In this document: positions 60,376 to 64,000 of the stretch, piece after piece
Layout: each line of letters begins with the position of its first letter
How positions within the stretch are numbered: the stretch's first letter is position 1
From: Amphiscolops sp. MND2022
Taxonomy: Eukaryota
DNA: 64,000 bases
NCBI GenBank assembly: GCA_964187785.1
Contig: OZ076409.1
Span: forward strand, 31,746,001 to 31,810,000
Direction of reading: 5' to 3'
Notes under the pieces: model-generated
What the model saw: the letters and a program-made list of their open reading frames with translations, nothing else
Database searches by the model: none
What the model was told of the DNA's origin: nothing
Made by a program: the position numbers and the translations under genes

Positions 60376-63300
60376 TAGGTTGTTCCTGGATTCTTCACAC
60401 TCACACGTTTATGGCAATTGAATTGATGGGCGTGGATTTGTTTCACACTGGTAACGAATTGGTAAAATCAACACCGCTGAAACAAGTGGTACATAGAAGC
60501 ATTGGTACACAAACTGAAACTGATGAGTCGCCTAAACATTCAATAACTCAGAAATTTCCACCGGAGCGCGCAACCGGTTAGTCTTAAAAATCTCCATTTA
60601 CTTTTTGGAGGGACGTTTTGAGTCATGCAAAATGAAACAACGCCGATTTCGACGCTCCAAAAGACGTCATCGTTCGTTACTCCAGATCTGAATAACCAGA
60701 GTACTTAAAATCTCATTTAAAAATCTTCACAATTTTTTTCGCGAGAAACTTTAATTTCTAATGTTGCGGTTCCCCTCAAATCAGTCAAAGTGGAAGACTT
60801 GGTATCATTTTTCTTCTCGAATGTGAGTTTGAATAAATTGTGAGGGAAAATTTCAAATTCTCGTACAGTCATACCGTGCAGTCCAGAGATACCAGAGACC
60901 CTCATTTCGGTGTGTATGCTTGAAGCCACTGCTTGTTGATTATGCTGTGATCTGGTGTCATGTGCCAATTTTTCTCCCTGGCATGTTTACGGGAGAGACG
61001 AATTACTTGAGCTCAACATCGATTTGTTGGTGATGATTGTGAAAATACTGGTGTAAATGAGTTTTCTGTGAATTTTGTATTTATCGTGTTTGTTGAATCA
61101 AATGGAAACAAATGAACTCAAATTACTGTCGCCTCCTAAACTCCTCATGTTGGAAATTGACACTGCAATATTAAAATCGTTCTAACTAATTACTAGATTG
61201 CATTCAGGGGTATCAAAAATTGAATAGGTAGAAATTAAAATCTATTGCTGTAGGTAGCCTTTAAAATTGTGTGTGATTTCTGAAACCGACTACGTTCAAT
61301 TCCTTTTAGCACCTCTGGATTGTGATAAACTGGGTATACCGAGATGATTTCAAACAACACGGTGAATTGCGCAGTAGAATCGAAGGACTAAGTACTACAC
61401 TTGGTGTGAACACACTTTGATTGGATGATAAAACATGTGAGAATTTATTGTGAACGTTCATGATATTGTTTGTTTAATTTTGTGGATTTTTCACAAATTT
61501 AGGACTGCTCTGATACTAAGTTACATGAAACACTGGTACAAAAATTGGTTTTGAATTTTGATTATTGAAGTATAAGAAACTAACAAAAATAAAGTTTTTA
61601 AAAACAAAGTCTGTTTATCATTAGTTTGCACAATCGAAGTCATGTGCCGATGAAGCAATTGTTGTGACGTCTCCACAGTTCATGGAACCAGACTGCTACA
61701 AGGCTTGATTTTAACTTCTTTTCTGTAGGTCCCAATCTTGAACAGTGACATTCTGTTGTACCAAATCCGGGAGCGAGTGTCAACGTGAAGAAAATCATGA
61801 GCGGGTCACTTGAAGTTTCATCAGTGGAAACGACGTCGGGAGTGTTCTAACATACAAATTGAAGAAAGAAAGGCGTGTACTCAATCGATTTCAAATTGAA
61901 ATGCAGAACTAATTACTTCAGAAAACTGTTCACAAAACAACAAGTAGGGGTTGTAAGATGTGACAAACGTAAAGAGCAAATGAGACTGCGGTAACCTAAA
62001 TATAAAAAATAGGCCTATGATGTTCAAAAAAACGATGTGAATCTACTTTGCTAGCAAGATACTGGCATCTGCTAATGTTTTAGGCGACACACATAGAAAA
62101 CATAATTGAGAAGTTTGATGAAACTTTGTTGGGTGATTATTTTCAGGCCTATGCGAATTATGACAATTCGGCCTAGAGGTAGTAATGTCTATACCCTATA
62201 ATCTAAACGAACATAAATTTTAGAAACTTGACACGAAGTATGATGTTTTTTTCTTACAGGCTGCGAGAATATTTCTCACTCTTTACGACTTGAAGAGCTG
62301 CTGATCCTTTTTTTTGGCTCAACAAGCCAGAAAATTTTCTCACCAAGCAGTACCACGTGAAAAACTGACAAGCTCACAAAATCAAGGTGCCAAGGGATGA
62401 TACGTTTGTCAACAGGTAGTTCCAGGTGCTCTCCGTCAGGTTCCCGTTATTCCCAAAGGCTGTCAACTTTCGACTGCGACATTTTGTACTGCAGGTGGTT
62501 AAACATCTCAAACATAAAGAGGTGAAACCTTTCATCAATGTGTTAACTGAATTCTTTTGTTTTGAGGAGAACTTCTCGAAAAAGTATTTTCTTTTCATAA
62601 ACACTTACATGGCCCTACATTCAAGCAAACTGCAGAACAAAATTTGTAAGTTTCATCTTTGAATAAAGAGTATAATTCGTTTTCACTTTATTGGCAACTT
62701 AGTCCTATTTTCACCTAAAGATCTAACAACTGCATGGTGAATGGTGACATCTAGCATGTTCACGGGTCCTTCACGTGCTGCTTCTGGACCAGCCAGCTGT
62801 AACGGTAGATAATGCTCTTCGGTCAAATCTCGTATCTGTGAATTATTTTGTACGGTAGTTTAGGCGTTTTTAACAAACTTCTATTGGATGCGTAAACAGA
62901 CTAGATTTGAGTAAACGTTGTGGAGAGTATACCACTGTATAATTTACCAGTGGAAAACGAAATTAAAGGTAGAAGTCGATGGTTTCTAAACTATACATAT
63001 TATACAATGTTATCGATTCTTCACGAACAATGTGATTTCAACAACTTTGTTTTGGCTGCGAGAATTGGAACAATAACGAATAAAGACGTTATGAATAATT
63101 TAGTTACTGAAGAATCACATCATATTAAACCATTGGAGAAGTAATTTAAAGCTAATGGTCCATGAATTCGGAACGATAAAAAGATACAAGTTTGTTGTTT
63201 CTCCACAGCAATGAATATACACGTTTGTGTGCGTGCTCAGATCAGGGAGAGTTGTTCTGTATGACAACACCATTTTACGGTGTGAAAGCTCACCTCGTTT

Positions 63301-64000
63301 GTTTCTGCCGACTTTGCAGAGTTGGGGAGATCTGGACTCCCAAAATGATGCAACAGATGTTCTGCTAGAGACAGAAACTGAGTTGCCCTGTCCACGGGAA
63401 TATGTAAAATGACCTCTTTGTTTTTGTCTCCTCTCCACAGGATTGCAAAACCATGGGACAAATAATGAGACCTCTTCCGTCTGGTGTTTCACGTCCCAAT
63501 GTCAAACAACGCACTTTGGGATAGTACTCTGAGTTCTTCCCTAAATGCGCTCATAGTTCCTAAGAACAAAAAACAACTACATAAATTTATTAGTACTTTA
63601 AGGGGGCCTTTTTGTCTTGTCTAATGTAAATGAAAAAACTTGACTTTCAAACTGTTTCTTCGCATCAAAACCGTTTATATTTTGACATCTCCCAAATTGT
63701 TAACTTAATGATGACGTTAGAGCGTCCACATAGTTTAATTTGCTTCGTCTCTATCAGAGGTTTAGGACTGTTATAATGGTAAAACAACACTTTTTCTTGA
63801 TTCACCTTAATTGCTTTTAGGCCTTTTTATATCAACATAGTTTACCTAAAGATACTTGAAAAAGCTTTGTTAACTATATCATAGCTTTTAGTACGAATAT
63901 CCCCTACCTGTAAGTGCCAACGTTGACCGTCTTGCTGGGGAACTGCGACATCTTCTTGTCTTTGAATCATTGGTTCGGGTAACGCTACAGATGCCGCAGC

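Overview
AT-rich animal (invertebrate-type) genomic DNA made almost entirely of nested mobile elements around the 3' end of one host gene. The host gene is a MORC2-like chromatin ATPase on the + strand (exons 315-487, 23884-24168, 24249-24504, 24755-25039). Its chromo-like domain is split by a ~23.4-kb intron. That intron holds decayed Polinton/adintovirus-like sequence (pPolB, packaging ATPase, adenain-like protease x3, a long inverted-repeat pair), a truncated Ty1/copia element, hAT and CACTA-like MITEs, Helentron-type (DINE-1-like) non-autonomous elements and a BEL/Pao retrotransposon. The most notable observation is that the BEL/Pao element carries an antisense, intron-containing JmjC-domain gene between pol and its PPT/3' LTR, later tandemly duplicated and now pseudogenised. 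Downstream lie a complete Mag-like Ty3/Gypsy element (25823-31671) and a Tc1/mariner-type MITE. After those comes a ~310-330 bp satellite with higher-order structure, interrupted by a 17.7-kb envelope-bearing Ty3/Gypsy element (39445-57177). That element has a class III-like fusogen, extra 3' ORFs and no recognisable polypurine tract. All family assignments come from motif recognition by eye; no searches were run.
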